Part shown: positions 1 through 7,423 of the stretch, one piece after another
How positions within the stretch are numbered: the first letter of the stretch is position 1
How the letters are laid out: each line of letters starts with the position of its first letter
Origin: Candidatus Hermodarchaeota archaeon
GTDB lineage: Archaea; Asgardarchaeota; Hermodarchaeia; Hermodarchaeales; Hermodarchaeaceae
Reading direction: 5' to 3'
DNA: 23,507 nt
NCBI GenBank assembly: GCA_016840065.1
Contig: JAEOTB010000041.1
Coordinates: 1 to 23,507, forward strand
Made by a program: the position numbers and the translations under genes
Notes under the pieces: generated by a model
Databases searched by the model: none
What the model saw: the letters and a program-made list of their open reading frames with translations, nothing else
What the model was told of the DNA's origin: nothing

Positions 1-851
1 CGGTTTTCGTATGTAAGGACTCCACCGAATGTTAAGGGAAGCCTAGGCTTGCCCACGCGGACCCCCATCATCTTCAGACCTGCCTTGACACCAGCTCCAC
101 CTGAACCCACTATCAACCGGGCTAGTTTCTGCACCTTCAGCTGCAGCGCAGACGCCTTATCGAACTTTCCCTTCTGCACTAGCGTTAGCATATCAACCCA
201 TACATCACCGATGAGCTGAGCACTAGCCAAGATCATTCCTGAGCAACCAGAGGCCAACGCAGGAAATACAACTTCATCGTGCCCGCAAAGAACCTTGATT
301 TCATGTCCCACCTTCTCTAGGACAGCAAGTATGAGCTTTAATTGACCACTAGAATCCTTGATTCCAACGATGTTATCTAGCTCAGCTAGGTCCTCAACGA
401 TTTGCCACGGCATTTCCAATCCTGTGCATTGGGGAATATTGTAGAGTAGAATAGGGATTCCCACTTCCGCTACTTGCCGGTAATGCTCATAGAGCCCACG
501 CATTGTTGGACGTAAGAAAAAGGGTGTAACCACCAGGCAAGCATCAGCACCAACCTTGTCAGCGTGTTTGACCAGCTCCAACGTTATCTTGGTATTACTA
601 GCACCCGCGCCAGCAATAACAGGCACTTTGCCCGCCGCCTCTTCAACAGCAATCTGCACAACTTGCTTGTGCTCCTTGACACTAAGGCTCGTGAACTCGC
701 CTGTTGTTCCTGCTGGAACAAGTCCTGATACACCCAATGTATCGATACAATGGCGTATAAGGCGGCGGAATGCGACTTCGTCAACCTTCCCGCCACCTTT
801 AACAAACGGTGTAACAAGTGCGGGGTTCACGCCACTTGGTTCATATGTCAT
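1..851 (-). CDS. DHDPS/NAL-family class I aldolase (DapA-like), 3' end beyond the window edge
   Basis: Not in the ORF track because it has no stop in the window. Manual translation from ATG at 851 gives MTYEPSGVNPALVTPF...VPAGTTGEF...VIAGAG...VVTPFF...LYNIPQCTG...GIKDSSG...GHDEVVFPAL. It has the GTTGE, YNIP and Schiff-base GIKDS motifs, with GAGGT upstream as RBS. Confidence 0.92.
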   Translation of the reverse strand, partial: MTYEPSGVNPALVTPFVKGGGKVDEVAFRRLIRHCIDTLGVSGLVPAGTTGEFTSLSVKEHKQVVQIAVEEAAGKVPVIAGAGASNTKITLELVKHADKVGADACLVVTPFFLRPTMRGLYEHYRQVAEVGIPILLYNIPQCTGLEMPWQIVEDLAELDNIVGIKDSSGQLKLILAVLEKVGHEIKVLCGHDEVVFPALASGCSGMILASAQLIGDVWVDMLTLVQKGKFDKASALQLKVQKLARLIVGSGGAGVKAGLKMMGVRVGKPRLPLTFGGVLTYEN

Positions 852-879
852 AGATCGTGCAACCTCTATGTTCTATTTT

Positions 880-1827
880 CTAGGGTTTGGGTATAGCTAG
901 GTCCTTGGCTCCTAGCTTGGACATTTTACCATCAGGGTAATGGTCTTGCACTAGTTTGTGAATCGTTTGACCCCATTTGACTTTCTCGCGAGCGAGTTGG
1001 CAAAGCATTGGTGTTGATGCCCAGGGAGTATAAATCGCCATACTTGGTCCCGGTTCAATCTTGAAGTACATTGGCTGCAGACAGCGAACCATTTCAGGGG
1101 CTTCATAGATTCGGTTGTATCCTCCGAAGCTTTGGAAGAGCATTATGTGGATGTCAATGGGGATGTCGATGGCTTGACGAATTGATGCTAGTTGGGGTAA
1201 GGCCATATCGGCTACTGGATTGAAGCTGCCTGCCCCTAGCTCTTCAAGGAGTTTTCCGCCTCCGGGAGATGCGTGCCCAGCAAAGATGCTGACTTTGAAA
1301 GTGACATCCTTGGGGATTTCACCAATTTCTTTGAGCTTGTTGAGTGTCCAGAGGAGGCCTTCATCGATGACAAGAAATCCTTTGAAACCAAGGTCGATAC
1401 CTCGTTTGATGTCGGTAATGACTTCGACGAGTTTGTCGGTGCCGCGGAATCGCATTCCTGATAGTGCACCTTCAGGGGTCGCGATTTGTCGACCAATTCC
1501 CCAGCTAACACGGGGGCCTGGTGTAAGGATAACCTCCATTTTGGCGTCGTGGGCGAGTTGAGCAAAACGGGTTAACTCTTTGTCGTCTAGAAGGGTAGCG
1601 CCCATAACGACGCTGATTAGACGGTGAACGGGCATGTCCCGTTTTTCCGACTCGTCAATAAGTGCTTCGAGAACTTCAGGTCTTTCGACACCAGAGATTT
1701 CTATTCGGTATCCTGCTCCATCTGGAAACCGTTTATCGCTGGTCGGTAGATCATATGCGTCTTGTCCGGGTAGACCGATTTTCTGTAGGGCTTTCCGGAC
1801 CTTTTGATAAGATTTCAGGCTCACCAT
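880..1827 (-). CDS. Uncharacterised TIM-barrel protein, peptidase U32-like family
   Basis: Long ORF. The start is moved from 1935 to ATG 1827 (MVSLKSYQ) because GAGGGT lies just upstream. The N-terminal LPGQDAYDLPTSDKRFPDGAGYRIEI, LVIDEGLL, KVSIFAGH, GAGSFNP and PIDIH segments fit the U32-like barrel family as I recall it. No Cys cluster motif. Confidence 0.6.
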   Translation of the reverse strand: MVSLKSYQKVRKALQKIGLPGQDAYDLPTSDKRFPDGAGYRIEISGVERPEVLEALIDESEKRDMPVHRLISVVMGATLLDDKELTRFAQLAHDAKMEVILTPGPRVSWGIGRQIATPEGALSGMRFRGTDKLVEVITDIKRGIDLGFKGFLVIDEGLLWTLNKLKEIGEIPKDVTFKVSIFAGHASPGGGKLLEELGAGSFNPVADMALPQLASIRQAIDIPIDIHIMLFQSFGGYNRIYEAPEMVRCLQPMYFKIEPGPSMAIYTPWASTPMLCQLAREKVKWGQTIHKLVQDHYPDGKMSKLGAKDLAIPKP

Positions 1828-1914
1828 AATGTAACCCTCGAGCTGGCTGCACTTGGCGGTATCGCTTACAAAAAGGTTGCAGTTGTTAGAGGTCTCAGCA
1901 CGAATGAGCGCATA

Positions 1915-1930
1915 GAGAAGGATTTTATCA
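1915..1930 (+). promoter_or_regulatory. BRE/TATA promoter for the predicted sRNA (and possibly the downstream operon)
   Basis: Purine-rich GAGAAGGA followed by TTTTATCA (1923-1930), about 25 nt before the first base of the hairpin at 1955. Confidence 0.6.
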
Positions 1931-1954
1931 ACCAACTGGACCTACATCTTACTT

Positions 1955-2046
1955 GGCCCCGCTTCATTTTGGCTATCATTAATCCACCGAGGCCTCCGAT
2001 GCGGAGTAGCGAGGAAAGTGGGTTCAGTCGGGGCGGGGCCACAAAT
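1955..2046 (+). ncRNA. Box H/ACA pseudouridylation guide RNA (single hairpin, archaeal type)
   Basis: Lower stem GGCCCCGCT(TC) 1955-1965 pairs with (GG)GGCGGGGCC 2030-2040 and is followed directly by ACA (2041-2043). There is an internal pocket, an upper stem AATCCAC/GTGGGTT, K-turn-like CCGA (1987-1990) / GCGAGGA (2009-2015) and an apical CTCCG-atg-CGGAG hairpin. The top of the pocket is 16 nt from ACA. G-U pairs favour the + strand. Confidence 0.75.
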
Positions 2047-2081
2047 CTCCTCTCTAACGTGGTGGCTAATGGTTTTGGTCA

Positions 2082-3236
2082 ATGATGTATGTTGATGAAA
2101 TAGCAACTCCGGCACTGCTTGTTGACCGAATGAAATTACTTCAAAACATAGGCTTGATGGCTGAAAAGGCGCGACAAAACAATGTGGAGCTTCGTCCACA
2201 CATTAAGACTCACAAGTGCCTTGAAATCGGACGCCTACAGAGAGGGGAGGGTGCTAAAGGAATCACTGTATCCACTCCCGGTGAAGCGCACGCGTTCATC
2301 GATGGAGGGTTCTCTGACATCACTTTGGCTTTTCCTCCAACACCTGATAAAATCCCGGTCCTTCTCGATATCGCTGAACAAGCCTCATTGAAGATTATCG
2401 TTGACAACGCAAGTGTTGTGGCAGAGCTGGATTCAAGATGCTCAGAAGCTAAAACGGAGCTAGATGTGCTGCTCAAGGTTGATTGTGGTTATCATCGATG
2501 TGGGGTCAACCCAACCAAGAGAGTTGCGCTATCTTTAGCTCGGAAAATCAGTAAGGCACAGCATTTACATTTTCGTGGAATTCTTACTCACGCAGGTCAT
2601 GCCTATGATGCAACAACAGTAGAAGAAATCGCCAAGGTCGCCAAGGAAGAACAGGAAACAATGATCAAGTTCGCTGACTTGTTGCTTGAAAATAGTCTTA
2701 CACCAGAGGTTGTCTCTATTGGGTCAACTCCAACGTGTATGATAGCTGAGGGTTTCATGAAAGGCATCACGGAAATACGTCCAGGAAATTATGTCTTTTT
2801 TGACGCGACTCAAGTCGCCCTAGGATTATGTAGGCTAGCCGATTGTGCACTTACTGTACTTGCTAGTGTTGTTAGTGTACAGAAAAATCATGTAGTGATA
2901 GATGCGGGGGCCACCGCGTTTTCACAAGACACCGGTGCGACCCACATCATTCCAGAAAAGACCTTCGGAGTTGTTTTGGCAGACCAGAGTACCAGTTCAC
3001 CTGCCAAAGGAGTTCAGATTGTTAGTCTTTCACAAGAACACGGAAAAATACGCTTTAGTGGGAAGTCAGATTTGGAACCCTTCAAACTGGGCGACCGCCT
3101 TCGCATCATACCCAATCATTCCTGCCTCACAGCGAACTTGTTTAGCCAGTACTTCGTTGTTGAGGGAGGTCAAGCTAAAACGGTTTGGCCAATTCAGCGC
3201 CACCGCTTCTCCAATAAAATGAATAATTCCCAATAG
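2082..3236 (+). CDS. DSD1-family fold-type III PLP enzyme (D-serine dehydratase / D-threonine aldolase-like)
   Basis: RPHIKTHK (PLP lysine), GYHRCG, THAGH, IGSTPT, EIRPGNYVFFD, SQEHG and IPNHSC (metal His/Cys). Confidence 0.9.
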   Translation: MMYVDEIATPALLVDRMKLLQNIGLMAEKARQNNVELRPHIKTHKCLEIGRLQRGEGAKGITVSTPGEAHAFIDGGFSDITLAFPPTPDKIPVLLDIAEQASLKIIVDNASVVAELDSRCSEAKTELDVLLKVDCGYHRCGVNPTKRVALSLARKISKAQHLHFRGILTHAGHAYDATTVEEIAKVAKEEQETMIKFADLLLENSLTPEVVSIGSTPTCMIAEGFMKGITEIRPGNYVFFDATQVALGLCRLADCALTVLASVVSVQKNHVVIDAGATAFSQDTGATHIIPEKTFGVVLADQSTSSPAKGVQIVSLSQEHGKIRFSGKSDLEPFKLGDRLRIIPNHSCLTANLFSQYFVVEGGQAKTVWPIQRHRFSNKMNNSQ

Positions 3237-3252
3237 AACCGGGTTACTAGAA

Positions 3253-4191
3253 ATGTTGGATATTCATAGCCTTCCAAAAGCCTTTCTTGAGCGCTTTAGC
3301 TCTCTTCTAGGAGACGAGTTCGACCAGTTCATCAGTAACCTTACCCTACCATCTCAGCATTTCGTACGTGTTAACACGCTAAAAATCCCCCTGAAGGATG
3401 GGCAAGATAGCCTAGCAGAAATGAATATTGAAGCACAACCCCTCCCCTATTACCCAGCAGGACTCCGTATTAAGAAGGGACACGATCTTATTCCGAAAAG
3501 TGTTGAATACGCTCTGGGATACTACTATTTTCAAGAAGGGGCCAGCATGGTTCCACCAATATCCTTGGCTCCTGAACCTAATCATCTTGTCTTGGATATG
3601 TGCGCTGCACCAGGGTCAAAAACTACTCAGATAGCCCAGATGATGGGGAATCAAGGGGTAATAATCGCGAATGACCGTACTTACCGACGAATCACGAGTC
3701 TAGGTCATAACCTCCAGTTCTGCGGCGCTATCAACACAGTTGTTTTACATGAGGATGGGCGGCAGCTTCCACAGAGACTTTCTCTCGAGTTTGATCGAAT
3801 CCTCGTAGATGCACCCTGTTCAGCCTCTGGTCATCTAAGAGGAAAATCACCCCAATTCGAAGCGCCCAATCCCAAACGGCTTCTAGGACTTCAAGCTCTT
3901 CAGAAAGGTTTGCTAAAATCAGGTTTCCGGCTCCTAAAACCTCGGGGGCGTCTTGTCTATTCAACTTGTAGTCTACACCCAGAAGAGAATGAAGATGTTA
4001 TTCAACATCTCTTGAATCACTTTCCAGAAGCTAGATTGGTACCAAACAACATTTCTGGATTAGTAAGCCATTCAGGTCTAACCGCATGGGAAAACAATCA
4101 ATATGATGATATGATGCGGCACTGTTTACGAGTCTACCCCCACGACAACGATACCGATGGCTTCTTCATAGCCACTATTCGGAGGTCCTGA
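3253..4191 (+). CDS. RsmB/NOP2/RsmF-family RNA m5C methyltransferase
   Basis: RVNTLK, YFQEGAS, LDMCAAPGSKT, ILVDAPCSASG (motif IV Cys), VYSTCSLHPEENE (motif VI Cys) and DGFFIA. Confidence 0.95.
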   Translation: MLDIHSLPKAFLERFSSLLGDEFDQFISNLTLPSQHFVRVNTLKIPLKDGQDSLAEMNIEAQPLPYYPAGLRIKKGHDLIPKSVEYALGYYYFQEGASMVPPISLAPEPNHLVLDMCAAPGSKTTQIAQMMGNQGVIIANDRTYRRITSLGHNLQFCGAINTVVLHEDGRQLPQRLSLEFDRILVDAPCSASGHLRGKSPQFEAPNPKRLLGLQALQKGLLKSGFRLLKPRGRLVYSTCSLHPEENEDVIQHLLNHFPEARLVPNNISGLVSHSGLTAWENNQYDDMMRHCLRVYPHDNDTDGFFIATIRRS

Positions 4192-4192
4192 A

Positions 4193-4654
4193 ATGAAATC
4201 AAAACCCACAGTCTCTCTCATTATAGACGATGAGTGGGAAAAATCGGTGTGGGGGCTGCTCCACAACCAGTACGGTGTCTCTCAATTTTCTGGCTACCGC
4301 CTTCTTCGCTCAGGACGGAAGCGAATAAGGATAATCAGCGAGGCGGCATTCAAACTAATCACTCAAGTACCCTGCGCAGGACCTGCTGGCCTATATTTCG
4401 GTGAATATCGACCCCATGTGATACGCCCTTCAATGGATGGTGCTCAACTAATCGGACCCTACGCAACCAAAGGAGTAATCACAATCACAAAAGAACAAAC
4501 AAAGAATTGGCTACAAGGACAATCAATTGAAACTGCGGATGAACAGCGGGGGTATGTCATTGTTTCAGATGGCCACAGGTTCCTCGGATGCGGCAGCCTT
4601 TCCAAAGGAATCCTACTAAGTTTTGTACCAAAAGTCCGAAGACCAAATAAATAA
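4193..4654 (+). CDS. NIP7-like / RsmF C-terminal PUA-domain protein
   Basis: Starts 1 nt after the methyltransferase stop. Contains GLYFG, RPSMDGAQLIG, WLQGQSI, GYVIV...FLGCG and SFVPK, typical of the archaeal PUA partner of NOP2-type methylases. Confidence 0.75.
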   Translation: MKSKPTVSLIIDDEWEKSVWGLLHNQYGVSQFSGYRLLRSGRKRIRIISEAAFKLITQVPCAGPAGLYFGEYRPHVIRPSMDGAQLIGPYATKGVITITKEQTKNWLQGQSIETADEQRGYVIVSDGHRFLGCGSLSKGILLSFVPKVRRPNK

Positions 4655-4687
4655 TGACAACACATTACTGAAGAGGCAGTGAATCGA

Positions 4688-6052
4688 ATGACAGTAACAA
4701 TAACAGTTCATGGCGGCGCCGAAGAAATCGGGTCAAGTAAAATCCTTGTCGAAGATAAGGGTCATGATGTTAAGTTCTTTCTTGACTTTGGGAAGAACTT
4801 TGAAGCGATGCGCCAATATTACGACTTCCCTGTCCAACCAGGAAGTCTAGAGGAGCTCCTCCGCATCGAGGCTACACCAGATCTTCCTGGGCTCTATCAT
4901 CTCCCCGAGAGCAAGGAACAACCTAAAACAGATGTTGACGCAGTTCTTCTAACTCACGCCCACACAGATCACTGTGGATATATTCCATTATTAAACAGGT
5001 CTATCAAGATGTACATGGGTGAGTGTACTCGTCGAGTTTTCGAAGCTCGGATAGAGGGTAGTCGGAAGAGATTTGACACAAACATAGAGGGTCTTGAGAT
5101 AGAGACATTCAAAACGGGAAAGACATTCAAGGTAGGTGGTGTTGAGGTTCAACCAGTTCACGTGGACCACAGTATCCCTGGTGCCTATGGCTTCGTCATT
5201 CATCTCTCAGAGGGTATACTCGTTTATACTGGGGATTTCCGTAGGCACGGCACTAGACCTCAACTAACTCAAGACTTCATTGATGCAATACAGCAAGCTG
5301 GTCCTCCAGATATTGTCCTAAGTGAGGGGACAAATATCGGAAAAGCCGAACTCACCAAAGAGGCAGAAGTTCGTAGGCAGATTGAGGCGACTATTAAGAA
5401 GTGTCGTGGTCTTGCCATTGTAGACTTCTCAGAGGTCGATTTTGACCGTTTCCGCACTATGCATGGCGTTGCTAAAGCAACCAACCGAGAACTCGTCATT
5501 GAGCCCCGCCGGATGTGGATGCTTGACACGTTAAACAAGTGTAGTGAGCTTTCAACACCCAGCATCACTAAAGATACCACAATTCGGCGTTACGCCCCTG
5601 AGAAGAAACGACTCTCGTCCTATGAAAAACTCCTTAGCGAATCAAAACCTCCACTGAAGGACTATGAAGGTCGCGGTGTTAAACCCGCCGAACTCCGCGC
5701 TAATCCTCGTCGTTACCTTCTAGCCACAAGCTTTGGTAACATCTCCCTCCTCCAGCGGGTCAAACCTACTTCCGGAATTTATCTATTAAGCGCCTCAGAA
5801 CCATTCAATGAAGAAAGTGAAATCAGCTTCGATAAGCTGCTAAACTGGTTAACCCTCTCGGGTCTTGCAATGTACACGGCCCACTGTTCTGGTCACGTCG
5901 ACCCTCTGGGGCTTCGCCAGACTCTTGAGGAAATGAAGCCAAAATCCATTTATCCTATTCATACCGAGAATCCTCGGCTCTTCAAACGTTTCCTAGAACC
6001 TAGCGGTCTTAGCATAGTAATTCCTAAACAAGGCGTTCCATTCAAACTATAG
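4688..6052 (+). CDS. Metallo-beta-lactamase / beta-CASP ribonuclease (RNase J-like)
   Basis: GGAEEIG, LDFG, THAHTDH, VDHSIPGA, YTGDFR, SEGT, HCSGH and PIHTE motifs. The start is ATG 4688 or GTG 4679. Confidence 0.88.
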   Translation: MTVTITVHGGAEEIGSSKILVEDKGHDVKFFLDFGKNFEAMRQYYDFPVQPGSLEELLRIEATPDLPGLYHLPESKEQPKTDVDAVLLTHAHTDHCGYIPLLNRSIKMYMGECTRRVFEARIEGSRKRFDTNIEGLEIETFKTGKTFKVGGVEVQPVHVDHSIPGAYGFVIHLSEGILVYTGDFRRHGTRPQLTQDFIDAIQQAGPPDIVLSEGTNIGKAELTKEAEVRRQIEATIKKCRGLAIVDFSEVDFDRFRTMHGVAKATNRELVIEPRRMWMLDTLNKCSELSTPSITKDTTIRRYAPEKKRLSSYEKLLSESKPPLKDYEGRGVKPAELRANPRRYLLATSFGNISLLQRVKPTSGIYLLSASEPFNEESEISFDKLLNWLTLSGLAMYTAHCSGHVDPLGLRQTLEEMKPKSIYPIHTENPRLFKRFLEPSGLSIVIPKQGVPFKL

Positions 6053-6120
6053 CGGAGCGCAACGTGAAGGGTGCTGTCATCCCGAAAGGGTTATAGTTAG
6101 AAGGGTAAAAGAGCCCCACT

Positions 6121-7395
6121 ATGTCCTTTCTGAAAGGGCTTCGTGGAGACCCTGAAAAATCTGCAGCCAAACATGAAACACGTGCTACCCAATTTGAAAA
6201 GCGGGAAGAGGAAGCACGAGCTGCTGCAGAGTGGGTTGCTGCAGCCAAAGATTATACGAAAATTCCTGATTTGAAACGGGCAAGAGACTGTTATTTGCGG
6301 GCTGCCCAGCTTTTCCAAGTTAGTGGCGATTCCTCTGATGAAGAAGCATCACTCTGGAAAGCTAGCAATCTTGCCCTTGAGGAGGAGGACTACGAAACAA
6401 CATCAGAGATCTTTGATCGCCTGATTCACCTAGCTACTCGTCTCAAGAATAATCATCTTCTCTTCAGGACCTTGGCTCTTAAGACATTGGCATTGATTGC
6501 CGCTAATAAGCTCTCAAAGGCAAAGGCAACCTTTAACCTAGTGAATAAGGTCAAGGAAAGGCTAGGCAGTAAAGAATCAAAGAATCCCCTCTTTGTGATA
6601 GCCCAAGCACTGGTTAAGCGGTTTATCGATGGTGAAGCAGCTCCGATATCTAAGATCCCAGAAAAAGTACCTGAATCAGATACTGTTAATCAACTGATAA
6701 CTAGGCTAATCACCACTTATAGAGCTACTGAGGATGCTTCACTATCTCTCTCGCTTCAAAAGGTGAAAACTCCGATTAGAGGAACAATTACTGGGCAATG
6801 TAAACTGAAATCGTCTGTTGCCCTTAGCCTCTTGGAAACAAATCTGCTGACTCCATCTAGTATTTCCTTAACGCAGCCCTTACTCTTCAAGGAGAAATCT
6901 GGCACAAAACTCAATGCCACCTTCGCCCTTGAAGCAAATCTTCCTGGTGAGTTCCAAATAGGACCAGCTTATGTGGTGCTAGAGTTAGAGAATCAACGGT
7001 TTCAACTCAAATCCAATTCCGCACCTTTGAGTGTTGCCGCTGCCAAACCTCGTATATATGCGGAAGTGCAGACCTCATCTGAAATTTACTCGCAGGAGGA
7101 ATTCGAACTCGTCCTTCGAGTGAAAAATGAAAGTCACGGTGATGCATCAGAAGTCACTCTCCGTGTTATACTACCACCTAGTCTTAGGCTACAAACAGGA
7201 ACTTTGGAAAAACGAATTGTTACTCTGCCTTCTCAGCAAGAGGTGCATTTTCCTCTCTTTCTTATAGCTTCAAAGATTGGTGCGCATGAAGGTTCGATCG
7301 ATTTGGAGTACAAAGGTGCGAGTCGAAGACGCCGCAAGGAAACTAACCCATTTACAGTTACAGTTAAACGCCGAAAACGAAAACATAAGAATTAA
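6121..7395 (+). CDS. Hypothetical protein: SNAP/TPR-like helical repeats, two Ig-like (BatD/CARDB-like) domains, polybasic C-terminus
   Basis: 424-aa ORF with an Ala-rich helical N-half showing A-x2/3-[WY]-x2-AA repeats and a beta-rich C-half (GEFQIGPAYV; FELVLRVKNESHGDASEVTLRVILPPSL). Ends in RRRRK...KRRKRKHKN. No signal peptide or TM segment. Confidence 0.7.
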   Translation: MSFLKGLRGDPEKSAAKHETRATQFEKREEEARAAAEWVAAAKDYTKIPDLKRARDCYLRAAQLFQVSGDSSDEEASLWKASNLALEEEDYETTSEIFDRLIHLATRLKNNHLLFRTLALKTLALIAANKLSKAKATFNLVNKVKERLGSKESKNPLFVIAQALVKRFIDGEAAPISKIPEKVPESDTVNQLITRLITTYRATEDASLSLSLQKVKTPIRGTITGQCKLKSSVALSLLETNLLTPSSISLTQPLLFKEKSGTKLNATFALEANLPGEFQIGPAYVVLELENQRFQLKSNSAPLSVAAAKPRIYAEVQTSSEIYSQEEFELVLRVKNESHGDASEVTLRVILPPSLRLQTGTLEKRIVTLPSQQEVHFPLFLIASKIGAHEGSIDLEYKGASRRRRKETNPFTVTVKRRKRKHKN

Positions 7396-7423
7396 TTCAT
7401 ACGGTTTGGAGTTATTTAATACA

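Noticed and set aside
556-900. 114-aa + strand ORF and other short ORFs over the aldolase and U32-like genes
   Set aside because: Antisense or off-frame shadows of well-supported genes, with no motifs.
1804-2199. ORFs 1804..2085 (+) and 1942..2199 (-), and the N-terminal extension 1828..1935
   Set aside because: They overlap the promoter and the structured RNA. The translations lack recognisable features, and a better RBS-supported start exists at 1827.
6053-6120. CCC-GAAA-GGG hairpin in the spacer, considered as a SECIS or C/D sRNA
   Set aside because: Short imperfect stem, no complete box set, and no in-frame UGA in the flanking genes that needs recoding.
7277-7423. 49-aa N-terminal extension of the GlmU-like ORF
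   Set aside because: It overlaps the upstream gene, and the family N-terminus begins at MRALLLAG (7424).
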